In this document: in pieces, positions 35,589 through 42,885 of the stretch
Layout: the number at the start of each line of letters is the position of its first letter
How positions within the stretch are numbered: position 1 is the stretch's first letter
Virus record (IMG/VR): IMGVR_UViG_3300036770_005890
Source of the DNA: a virus
Strand: one strand, 5' to 3'
Length of the DNA: 64,000 bases
Made by a program: the position numbers and the translations under genes
The notes under the pieces: model-generated
The model's database searches: none
The model's input: only the letters and a program-made list of their open reading frames with translations
What the model was told of the DNA's origin: nothing

Positions 35589-35594
35589 AGTGTA
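35589..35594 (-). promoter_or_regulatory. -10-like hexamer TACACT (TACACTGAAGAGAGC), 21 nt before ATG 35567
   Basis: Supports the 45-aa membrane peptide as a real gene start. Confidence 0.35.
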
Positions 35595-35614
35595 AGAACA
35601 TCGCCCGCCTTGGC

Positions 35615-35806
35615 CTACAGAATGCGTGCTGCGGCGGACTGAAGCGACGCCGCGATCGAAGCCCTGGGGAATCCCGAGGATTCCAGGAAGTCCGAGAAGG
35701 CATGCACCAAGGCATGAATCTCCTCGGTTTCGACGCGAACCGTGATGGTCTGGCAGTACTCCTCATCAGGGTAGCTGCGGGTCAGTGATAGCCGGTAGGC
35801 GTCCAT
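35615..35806 (-). CDS. 63-aa hypothetical protein
   Basis: Internal ATG of track ORF 35615..36019 (MDAYRLSLTRSYPDEEYCQT...). Its ATG overlaps the TGA of the upstream micro-ORF. Confidence 0.4.
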   Translation of the reverse strand: MDAYRLSLTRSYPDEEYCQTITVRVETEEIHALVHAFSDFLESSGFPRASIAASLQSAAARIL

Positions 35807-35958
35807 CACTGCTCGAGCTGCGGTTTGATGAAGGTCTCGAGCACGTCCTGCACGAAGGCGATCACGGTCGGCGGGGTCTTGCCGCAGGGGGCGACGTAGT
35901 TCTCGGTGAACCACTGCTTGTAGTGAGCGTCGATCTGTTCGGGAGTCGGCAGGTCCAC
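35806..35958 (-). CDS. 50-aa hypothetical protein (below track cutoff)
   Basis: Begins with GTG. Hand translation VDLPTPEQIDAHYKQWFTENYVAPCGKTPPTVIAFVQDVLETFIKPQLEQ. CATAAT lies 23 nt upstream. Confidence 0.4.
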   Translation of the reverse strand: MDLPTPEQIDAHYKQWFTENYVAPCGKTPPTVIAFVQDVLETFIKPQLEQ

Positions 35959-35981
35959 GGCTAGCGCGATGAGTCGGGCTC

Positions 35982-35987
35982 ATTATG
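35982..35987 (-). promoter_or_regulatory. -10-like hexamer CATAAT, 23 nt before GTG 35958
   Basis: Divergent region shared with TAGCCT at 36036. Confidence 0.35.
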
Positions 35988-36035
35988 GGCCTGATCAGGC
36001 GGGCCGCAAGCCTTGGCAAGCGGTTCCTGACTGCC

Positions 36036-36041
36036 TAGCCT
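36036..36041 (+). promoter_or_regulatory. -10-like hexamer TAGCCT, 23 nt before ATG 36065
   Basis: Fixed-distance set. Confidence 0.35.
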
Positions 36042-36064
36042 TGCAAAGCACGATGCGATGTGAA

Positions 36065-36301
36065 ATGAAAACGGCAGCAGCTGTTCAGCAGGATCAGAAC
36101 CGAGCGGACTACGTGGAGTATCTCTACGAGTTGTTTGATCGCAGCAATCCAAGCGTTGAGCACTGCTTCACGTACACAGGACTGCACCGGATGTACGTTG
36201 AGCGCGTCGGCGCTGATGTAGCCGAAGCCCGGCTGATGTGGTTCGACGAAGAAGAGGAATCGATCCGCGCTTCTGATGCTGAATTTTCCGCAGCGGCCTA
36301 G
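36065..36301 (+). CDS. hypothetical protein
   Basis: ATG at 36065 (MKTAAAVQQDQN...), 23 nt after TAGCCT. The upstream part of the track ORF is probably not translated. Confidence 0.4.
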   Translation: MKTAAAVQQDQNRADYVEYLYELFDRSNPSVEHCFTYTGLHRMYVERVGADVAEARLMWFDEEEESIRASDAEFSAAA

Positions 36302-36491
36302 GGCTCAGATTTCCAGCACAACGCAGCGGGTGGCAGCGGTGGTTGCGACCCGCGATTTCTTGCTGCGTCTGACCAACGCGAAAGTGACACCGAGGATCCC
36401 AAGGGAAGTCAGGCGAGAAGCCAAGGCACTGCTGCGGCACTTTCCGATTGCCGATCAACTGCGGCCAATCTTGGAGGAGAACTTGGAATAG
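36276..36491 (+). CDS. hypothetical protein (resembles the BPSL0761-type small protein family from memory)
   Basis: RDFLLRL...PRIPREVRREAKALLRHFP pattern. The family name is recalled, not verified. Confidence 0.4.
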   Translation: MLNFPQRPRAQISSTTQRVAAVVATRDFLLRLTNAKVTPRIPREVRREAKALLRHFPIADQLRPILEENLE

Positions 36492-36508
36492 GAAGAAGCA
36501 AGTCTTTG

Positions 36509-36514
36509 TAGACT
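36509..36514 (+). promoter_or_regulatory. -10-like hexamer TAGACT, 25 nt before GTG 36540
   Basis: Fixed-distance set. Confidence 0.4.
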
Positions 36515-36539
36515 TGATCTAACTCTTAACTACCGGACA

Positions 36540-37013
36540 GTGCGACAAGCGTTTGCTGGAGAAGGGCTTGGGCTGTCGCCTGATCTAGTGAATTACATCG
36601 GCAGACAGTCGCAGCAAGGTCGCACCGATCCGCGTATCCTGACACCAGAAGATCAGCAAATTGCTGAGGCCATCACCGGAACGCTAGTAGACACGGTTGG
36701 TGGCGGCCCGCAAGAGGGCGACTACTCGAATATGCCTGTCATCCCTTGGGAGGAGGGCGAAGAGGATCGATATGAGCAGCAGATGGAGGACTACCGGAAC
36801 CGTGCGTTCCCTGGGCAATGGGATGAAGAAGGAGCTCCTGAGATTCTGGCGGGCAGTCCAAGCTTCGATCTGAGTTACCCCAAGATCCCTGGCCGGAACG
36901 TGGAAGGCATCCCGAATGCCAATGATCCGGTGATGCGGGAGAAGCTGCGTCAGCGCCTGCTCAAGAATCCTGATTACGGCCAAGACCTGCCTGGATTCCT
37001 CAAGAGAGCTTGA
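36540..37013 (+). CDS. hypothetical acidic protein
   Basis: 157 aa. GTG start 25 nt after TAGACT. Confidence 0.45.
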   Translation: MRQAFAGEGLGLSPDLVNYIGRQSQQGRTDPRILTPEDQQIAEAITGTLVDTVGGGPQEGDYSNMPVIPWEEGEEDRYEQQMEDYRNRAFPGQWDEEGAPEILAGSPSFDLSYPKIPGRNVEGIPNANDPVMREKLRQRLLKNPDYGQDLPGFLKRA

Positions 37014-37015
37014 CC

Positions 37016-37141
37016 ATGGCAGTCCGCAAAGCAGGCGACAAACTCAAGGATGCGTGCTGGAAGGGCTATGAGGCCATCGGCATGAAGGTCAAAGACGGCA
37101 AAAAGGTGCCGAACTGCGTGCCGAAGAAGGACAAGCCATGA
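37016..37141 (+). CDS. 41-aa Lys-rich Cys peptide (below track cutoff)
   Basis: MAVRKAGDKLKDACWKGYEAIGMKVKDGKKVPNCVPKKDKP. ATGA overlap with the next gene. Confidence 0.4.
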   Translation: MAVRKAGDKLKDACWKGYEAIGMKVKDGKKVPNCVPKKDKP

Positions 37142-37416
37142 CTGTCCGCAAAGCCGGCGAAGTCTTCGAGGGCTACAACAAGCCCAAGCGCACGCCGGGT
37201 GAGAGTAAGAAGTTTGCGGTGGTCGTCAAAGATGGCGACACCGACAAGATCGTGCGCTTCGGTGATCCGTCGATGGAGAACTACCGCAATGGCCCAAGCG
37301 GGCGCGGCGGCCATGGCGACGAGGATCGCCGCGCCGATTTCAAGAGTCGTCACAACTGTGACGAGAAAAAAGACAAAACCACTCCGGGCTACTGGAGTTG
37401 CAACTGGAGCTGGTAA
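37138..37416 (+). CDS. small conserved phage protein (KPKRTPG...FGD...RHNC...YWSCNW pattern)
   Basis: 92 aa. Shares the N-terminal M-x-VRKAG with the preceding peptide. Confidence 0.5.
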   Translation: MTVRKAGEVFEGYNKPKRTPGESKKFAVVVKDGDTDKIVRFGDPSMENYRNGPSGRGGHGDEDRRADFKSRHNCDEKKDKTTPGYWSCNWSW

Positions 37417-38801
37417 TGGCACCTAGAGATCCAAGTCAGAAGCGCACTTCTGTTTTGAAGCTCGGCGAGGAGTTCGTCAATCCCTATGGCCTCGATGTCC
37501 AGCCCCCGCTGGAGTCCGGCCCCTTCGCGATCCATGACGCGGGGCATCGTTTCTCGAATGTCCCGGCCACGGTCTATGGCGAGCTTCTCGAGAACGTCAC
37601 GGATCACGCAGCGCTCGACAAGCTGTATGCGTCAGGCGCGATTCACGGCAACCCTGGATGGTATGGGCCCGATCGAGGGCCTGGCACTCCGAACTACAGC
37701 AACTTCGTGAATTACGGCACCATGCCGGATCGCGAAGCATTTACGCTTCGGAAGCTCGAGCAAATTGAACAGGGCGTAGATCCCAGCTACTTCGCGCCCG
37801 GCGGAGAAGGGAGCTGGGACCAAAAGCTTGCAGACTCCCTGACAGCCAAGCAGGGAAATCTGACCCGGGTCTTCAATCTCGCCGCTCCCTCATTTAAGAG
37901 AGGTGACCTCGATTTCATGGATGCCGGCGAGTTTGATTGGGACGAAGGCTTCATGCCGACCCCGCAGACTCGCAACACTCGCGCTATCGCCGATCAGGAT
38001 GTTGGGACTGCGCGGATTCGCGGCGAGAAGTACGCCGATGAATTGATTCAGGGCTATCAGCGTGCCGTCGATGAAGGCCGCTACACCCCGAAGCGCTGGA
38101 CGGCTGGCGGCTCGATTCACGCCGCTGATCTCTCAGACGCCGCCATGGACGGAAGCCTGGAGATCGGACGGGGTTGGGCTGATGAAGGGATCTTCCCTTA
38201 TCAGGACAAGATCAGCGCCCTCTCGAATCCTCCCGCCAGGATCCCGGCGACGTACGAGAAGGACATGGCCATCCAGTTCGCAGAGAACGCTCGCGCTGGC
38301 CGCGCCTTTGAAAGGGTGCGAAATGCTGTCGGGACTGGCTTCAATGCCACGACCGATCTAGCTGGATCGGTTCCGCTCTTCGATCCGGAGTTCCGCCAAG
38401 CGGTCGAGACCGGAAATGTCCGCAAGGCGGGTGAGCGGGTAGCGCAGGAATACGCCACGGGCCTGCTTGCCGCTCCCGTGGTCGGCATGGGCGCAGGTGC
38501 GCTGCAGCGCCTGGCACCGGCAGCCGCGACCCAGGTGCTGCCGGCTGTGGCCACCGGCGCTCGCATCGGCAATCCCGTCGCGGTGGTGTCGCAGCTGGGC
38601 GGCAGTACCAAGCCCAGCCAGCGGCAGCGCGCAGAAGAAAAGCGCTTGGACCCCGGGGCGTTCGGTGCCCAAGGTCCAAGCGCTAATCCTCAGTTGCTGC
38701 GAGCGGAGGCGGCGCGGCGGCGCGGTGGGAAGTGGAAGCTCGGTCCCTTTACGGTTCCCGAGCTGGGGCTCTCGGAGGCAGGCGGCCTGTTCTTCCGTTA
38801 A
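37398..38801 (+). CDS. hypothetical protein, 467 aa
   Basis: Long ORF overlapping the previous one by 19 nt. Confidence 0.5.
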   Translation: MQLELVMAPRDPSQKRTSVLKLGEEFVNPYGLDVQPPLESGPFAIHDAGHRFSNVPATVYGELLENVTDHAALDKLYASGAIHGNPGWYGPDRGPGTPNYSNFVNYGTMPDREAFTLRKLEQIEQGVDPSYFAPGGEGSWDQKLADSLTAKQGNLTRVFNLAAPSFKRGDLDFMDAGEFDWDEGFMPTPQTRNTRAIADQDVGTARIRGEKYADELIQGYQRAVDEGRYTPKRWTAGGSIHAADLSDAAMDGSLEIGRGWADEGIFPYQDKISALSNPPARIPATYEKDMAIQFAENARAGRAFERVRNAVGTGFNATTDLAGSVPLFDPEFRQAVETGNVRKAGERVAQEYATGLLAAPVVGMGAGALQRLAPAAATQVLPAVATGARIGNPVAVVSQLGGSTKPSQRQRAEEKRLDPGAFGAQGPSANPQLLRAEAARRRGGKWKLGPFTVPELGLSEAGGLFFR

Positions 38802-38828
38802 CGAGCGGGCGGAGCCAGGGGATCTCGA

Positions 38829-39242
38829 CTAGGCCGCAAGGAAGCCATCGGGCAGGGCGCTCCAGGGCACCCAAACCTGGATCGCAACCAATGCCCCCTC
38901 CTGCTTGCCGCCGTCAGCGGACACGGCTGTGACTCTGGTGACGTTCTGCCCACCTGTCACTTTGTCGGCGCTGAATGCGTTCGGGTGCGAGGCCAGAGCT
39001 GCCTGCTCGAAAGCCTCTTCGATTTTGAGCTCGATGGAGTCCTTGAACTCCTGGAAGGCCGAGGCGCTCCGTGCGGCGGGATGGCTGTCGACTTTCGCGG
39101 CGAGTTCGTCATCGTCCTCGTCGCCGGTGAGCTCCATGAGTCCATCGACTGCGATGCTGCAAATCGTGAGCTCGTGAGCTTCTTGGGCGAGGTCGCGCTC
39201 CGTCCAACCGAACAGGGCGGTGTCTTCTGTAATGCGTTGCAT
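38829..39242 (-). CDS. hypothetical acidic protein divergent from the integrase
   Basis: Internal ATG (MQRITEDTALFGW...), 137 aa. Confidence 0.45.
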   Translation of the reverse strand: MQRITEDTALFGWTERDLAQEAHELTICSIAVDGLMELTGDEDDDELAAKVDSHPAARSASAFQEFKDSIELKIEEAFEQAALASHPNAFSADKVTGGQNVTRVTAVSADGGKQEGALVAIQVWVPWSALPDGFLAA

Positions 39243-39364
39243 TTCTGCAGAGGATCTGTCGTGTGTCTTAGGTGGTACTCGTTTCTGGAATACCGTCGAC
39301 CTACTGCTGCGTAGCCCCAGCAGGGGTCGCCGCAAGTGTGCCTCCTGCAGCGCGTGTGTCAACC

Positions 39365-40615
39365 ATGGTTTTGAGAATCGGATACGCCCGCACCTCGACG
39401 GCCCAAGAGGAGCAGGACAAGTCGATCGAGGGCCAGGTCGTCGAGCTCAAGCGTGCCGGCTGTGAGCGGGTCATTTCCGAGCGGAGGTCAGCTTTCAAGG
39501 GCAACGCGCGTCCGGGCTGGGATGAGCTTTGGGCCCTGGTTGGTCGCGGCGGCGTCGACGAGGTCGTCGTCGCGGATCAGTCTCGCCTGAGCCGCTCGGG
39601 GGATGACATGGCATTCCTCGAGCTCTGTGCCGCACGCGGCACCAAGGTGGTGGCCCTGGTCGGCGGCACCATTGAAACCGAGTCGATCGGCGGCTTCGTG
39701 CAGGCCGGGATGATGAGCGTGTTCTCGCAGATGCAGAGCCGGCTCACGGCAGCCAAGGTCAGAGACGGTCTGAGGCGACGCAAGGCCCAGGGGTACTACG
39801 CCTGCGGCAAGGTTCCCTTTGGATACAGCTACGACGGGCAGTACGTCGTGCCATGCCCGGATCACTGGGATGCCGCGCGCCAGATGTGGGATGAGCTGAT
39901 GGAGCTCGACTTCAATGTCTCTGGCTGGATCGCCAAGACGCAATCGAAGTGGACCCCGAAGGGCGTCAAAAGCTGGATTGCCAATCCGATGTTGCGCGGC
40001 ATCGTGCGCGGCGAGCACGGCGGGACCAAACCGTTGATCAGCTGGCAGGAATGGGCGGAAGCTGAAAACAAGCTCAAGGCCCGATCAAACATGCGGGGTA
40101 GAGCTGCTCACACCGTGCATCTGTTCACCGGACTGGTGCGCTGCGAGAGCTGCGGCAAGTCCCTGCACAACATCCGCGATCGGGCGGTCCCTCGCCTGAA
40201 ATGCCACAACCGCATTTGCGCTCGCTACGGGCAGGGCATCCGCGTCGAGGTGGTGCGCAGGAAGGTGATTGATGCGTTGACCACCAAGGCAGCGGAGCTC
40301 GCCAGCGCAGCTATCAGCGAAAAGAAGGAGCCAGCGGAAGCCGGACCAATTCGCAATCAGATCTCAGCGCTGCAGGCAGCGCAGGCTGCTGGAGTCGATG
40401 GATTAGAGGACAAGTTGGCGGCGCTGCATCGTCAGCTGCAGGCGCTGCAGCAAGTGGATAGCTCAGCTCGCTATGAGCTTCTGGTCGAGCTGTTTGCAGA
40501 CCGGCGGACGCTTGAACTGGCGACGGACGAGGAACTGCGGGCGGTGATCCTGCAATTCGTCAGCGAACTTGTCTGGCCCGGAGGACTGGAGAGCCTGGAG
40601 ATCACGCTGCGCTAA
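39365..40615 (+). CDS. int: large serine recombinase (integrase)
   Basis: MVLRIGYARTSTAQ catalytic Ser region, VVADQSRLSRS, recombinase domain, Cys-rich zinc ribbon CESCGKSLH...LKCHNRIC, C-terminal coiled coil. Confidence 0.85.
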   Translation: MVLRIGYARTSTAQEEQDKSIEGQVVELKRAGCERVISERRSAFKGNARPGWDELWALVGRGGVDEVVVADQSRLSRSGDDMAFLELCAARGTKVVALVGGTIETESIGGFVQAGMMSVFSQMQSRLTAAKVRDGLRRRKAQGYYACGKVPFGYSYDGQYVVPCPDHWDAARQMWDELMELDFNVSGWIAKTQSKWTPKGVKSWIANPMLRGIVRGEHGGTKPLISWQEWAEAENKLKARSNMRGRAAHTVHLFTGLVRCESCGKSLHNIRDRAVPRLKCHNRICARYGQGIRVEVVRRKVIDALTTKAAELASAAISEKKEPAEAGPIRNQISALQAAQAAGVDGLEDKLAALHRQLQALQQVDSSARYELLVELFADRRTLELATDEELRAVILQFVSELVWPGGLESLEITLR

Positions 40616-40674
40616 GGCGCGCTCTGCGATGCGCTCAAGCGCCTCCTGCCCAGTCATGCGCGACCTGTCGTGCG

Positions 40675-40718
40675 TTGCTGCGCGAAGTATGCCACAGCTT
40701 TCTCTTCGCAAGCTGCAA
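40675..40718. promoter_or_regulatory. imperfect inverted repeat downstream of int (attP-core or terminator candidate)
   Basis: TTGCTGCGCGAAG - 16 nt - CTTCGCAAGCTGCAA. Confidence 0.2.
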
Positions 40719-40798
40719 TCCTAGGAAGTCGGGATCGGTCGCTCAGATTTCGCCCTGCATCGCTCTGCCTACGGTGAGGTCACGACGGACCATCGCCG

Positions 40799-41389
40799 AT
40801 GACGCCGGAACACTGGGATACCTACGTGTTCAGTCTCATCGATCTGTCTCCGGGTTCGGCGCGACGCCGATTCCGGCAGTCAATCAAGGAAGAGTGGGGC
40901 TGCTGCGCCTACTGCGGGCGCGATAGCGATGAAGCCGGGAGCCGGCTCAATCTCACCCTGGACCACATCAAGCCACGGGCGTGGGGCGGCAGCAGCATGC
41001 GCTCCAATTTGGTGCCCGCCTGCCGCCGCTGCAATCTCGCCAAGGGGTCGGTGCGGGAGTGGCGCAAATGGTTTCAAGAGCAGGAGTTTTACTGCACTGA
41101 ACGAGCCGCCAGAATTGAGGAATGGATGCGTCCATATTCCTGCCCAGGCGTGGCTCAGCCCTGGACCATCGGAGGATCGGCTCATGGACGAGAACCTGAC
41201 GCACGAACAGCAGTACCTACTGCGCCGCATCGAACTCGAGATCAGCGACCTCTCAAGGGACGAATTGAAAGCTGCGCTACTCGATTGCTGGGAGGCGCGA
41301 TTTCGGCAGAAGCAGATCTTTCTGTCGACGACGCGATCAGCTGGTTACATCTTCAGGATGGACGAGGGGGCGACGCTGTTTGCGCCTGA
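40799..41389 (+). CDS. HNH endonuclease
   Basis: CAYCGRDS...LTLDHIKPRAWGGSSMRSNLVPACRRCNLAKG. The last ~70 codons overlap the next ORF and look non-genic. Confidence 0.7.
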   Translation: MTPEHWDTYVFSLIDLSPGSARRRFRQSIKEEWGCCAYCGRDSDEAGSRLNLTLDHIKPRAWGGSSMRSNLVPACRRCNLAKGSVREWRKWFQEQEFYCTERAARIEEWMRPYSCPGVAQPWTIGGSAHGREPDARTAVPTAPHRTRDQRPLKGRIESCATRLLGGAISAEADLSVDDAISWLHLQDGRGGDAVCA

Positions 41390-41525
41390 GACTGAGGAAG
41401 ACTTCGCTGAGATTTTTGGCTACGTCCCGAGTGACGAAGAAGCAGAAGATTATATGCGTGGCCTGTGGGAAAATGCCACAATGGAACTGGACATGGACGC
41501 AATTGTCCTGGAATCTGAAGACTGA
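41184..41525 (+). CDS. NblA-like protein candidate with acidic C-terminal extension
   Basis: GGAGGA 8 nt upstream of the ATG. LTHEQQYLLRRIELEISDLSRDELKAALLDCWEARFRQKQIF parallels the NblA pattern LSxEQQFxxxxxxxQVxxxSxE. Confidence 0.45.
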   Translation: MDENLTHEQQYLLRRIELEISDLSRDELKAALLDCWEARFRQKQIFLSTTRSAGYIFRMDEGATLFAPETEEDFAEIFGYVPSDEEAEDYMRGLWENATMELDMDAIVLESED

Positions 41526-42484
41526 TGGCGGCGCTTTCGGAAGGCCAAGTAGCTGAGCTTCTGCGGCGCGCTGGGGTCCCCGAGGACAAAGTTCCCTTGA
41601 TGGTGAATATCGCCAAACGGGAGTCAGGTCTAAACCCGTTGGCGCACAACCCAAACCGGGCAACCGGTGACAACAGTTATGGCTTGTGGCAGATCAACAT
41701 GATTGATCAGCCCGGCTATCAACTAGGGCAAGAGCGACTGAGGCAATTTGCTGATATTGGTGTTCGCTCGTACGACGATCTCAAGGATCCCTGGAAGAAC
41801 GCCCAGGCCGCAGCCAGGATCCTCAAGAGCTCCGGCATCAATGCCTGGACAACCGCCGGCGCGGCCAGCAAAGATCCGATGCCGAGTCTGTCTGGCGGTG
41901 GTGGACTTGAGATCGGGGGTCTCCCATCCGTTCAGCCGGTGGCCAGCACTGCAGCGCCACAGCAAACGATGGATCCGGTGGCAGCAACAGCACTCGCGCT
42001 GATTGGCGGAGACCAGGACCGACCGGTGGCACGAACCTCCAGCGGCCAGCGCATGGCAGCGCAGAGCCCGTTGGCGGTTGCAATCGCGTCACTGAATCCG
42101 GAGACGCCGCAGGAGACCAAGCAGATCGTCGAGACAGGCGGCCTCGATGCAATGACACCCGCCACATCCGCAGGCGGGTTCAAGCCCATCGAATATCTGA
42201 CAGGTGATCGCTCCCATGCTGGATATCGAGACGACCACGGCGGGGAGAACTACCACGAGCACCTGGCCTTCTCCACGCCGGAAGAAGCCAGGGCCGCTGC
42301 GTCATTACTGAACCAAGCCGGCATTAAGACAACCGAGCTCAAGGGAGTGAATGCAGTGGGCGGGCACTCGCCAAACTCCTACCACTACAGCGGACAAGCG
42401 TTTGATGTCCCTGCGGCGCAAGTTCCACGCGGCAAGGAGCAGGAGTTATCAAGACGAGTGCGCGCGATTTTGCGGATGTCGTAG
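41525..42484 (+). CDS. two-domain lysin: lytic transglycosylase (SLT) N-terminus and peptidase M15-type C-terminus
   Basis: IAKRESGLNPLAHNPN...YGLWQINM and HEHLAF...GGHSPNSYHYSGQAFDV. Confidence 0.75.
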   Translation: MAALSEGQVAELLRRAGVPEDKVPLMVNIAKRESGLNPLAHNPNRATGDNSYGLWQINMIDQPGYQLGQERLRQFADIGVRSYDDLKDPWKNAQAAARILKSSGINAWTTAGAASKDPMPSLSGGGGLEIGGLPSVQPVASTAAPQQTMDPVAATALALIGGDQDRPVARTSSGQRMAAQSPLAVAIASLNPETPQETKQIVETGGLDAMTPATSAGGFKPIEYLTGDRSHAGYRDDHGGENYHEHLAFSTPEEARAAASLLNQAGIKTTELKGVNAVGGHSPNSYHYSGQAFDVPAAQVPRGKEQELSRRVRAILRMS

Positions 42485-42506
42485 TGCGGGGCTGCGCGAT
42501 ACGAGA

Positions 42507-42512
42507 TACATT
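42507..42512 (+). promoter_or_regulatory. -10-like hexamer TACATT, 22 nt before ATG 42535
   Basis: Fixed-distance set. Confidence 0.35.
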
Positions 42513-42534
42513 TTGATGACTGATCACCATTGAC

Positions 42535-42876
42535 ATGCTCGAATCGTTCGTGGCCGGTGCAGCAGCGGCGCTGATCGGCGTGCTCTCCGGCCAGGGGCTG
42601 GTCCTGGCAGCGCAGCACAAGAAATCCAGCGGCCGCATCAGTGCCCTCGAGCAGGCCATGCCTGAGCTGATTACCCGGGCAGAAGTGCAAAACGCGTTCG
42701 CTCAGGCAGCTGCCATCGAGGCCCGCCGCATGGCCGAGAGCCAGCAACAGGCCAGGCAGGCAGCTGCGTTCCCCGCGCAGCAGCAGCCCCCTGGCTTGAA
42801 CAAGCAAATCAATGATCAGCTGGCTGCACTCAGTGATCGGATCAGCGCGATCAACAACCAGTTCGGAATCGGCTGA
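42535..42876 (+). CDS. membrane-anchored coiled-coil protein (holin/spanin-like by position)
   Basis: N-terminal TM segment FVAGAAAALIGVLSGQGLVLAA followed by a Q/A-rich helix. ATG 22 nt after TACATT. Confidence 0.45.
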   Translation: MLESFVAGAAAALIGVLSGQGLVLAAQHKKSSGRISALEQAMPELITRAEVQNAFAQAAAIEARRMAESQQQARQAAAFPAQQQPPGLNKQINDQLAALSDRISAINNQFGIG

Positions 42877-42885
42877 ACCAACGCG

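Noticed and set aside
35615-36019. 134-aa track ORF as a single gene
   Set aside because: Its N-terminal 71 aa are R/P/A-rich. An alternative frame gives a protein-like 50-aa ORF whose TGA overlaps the internal ATG 35806 (TGATG), so I split it into two coupled ORFs.
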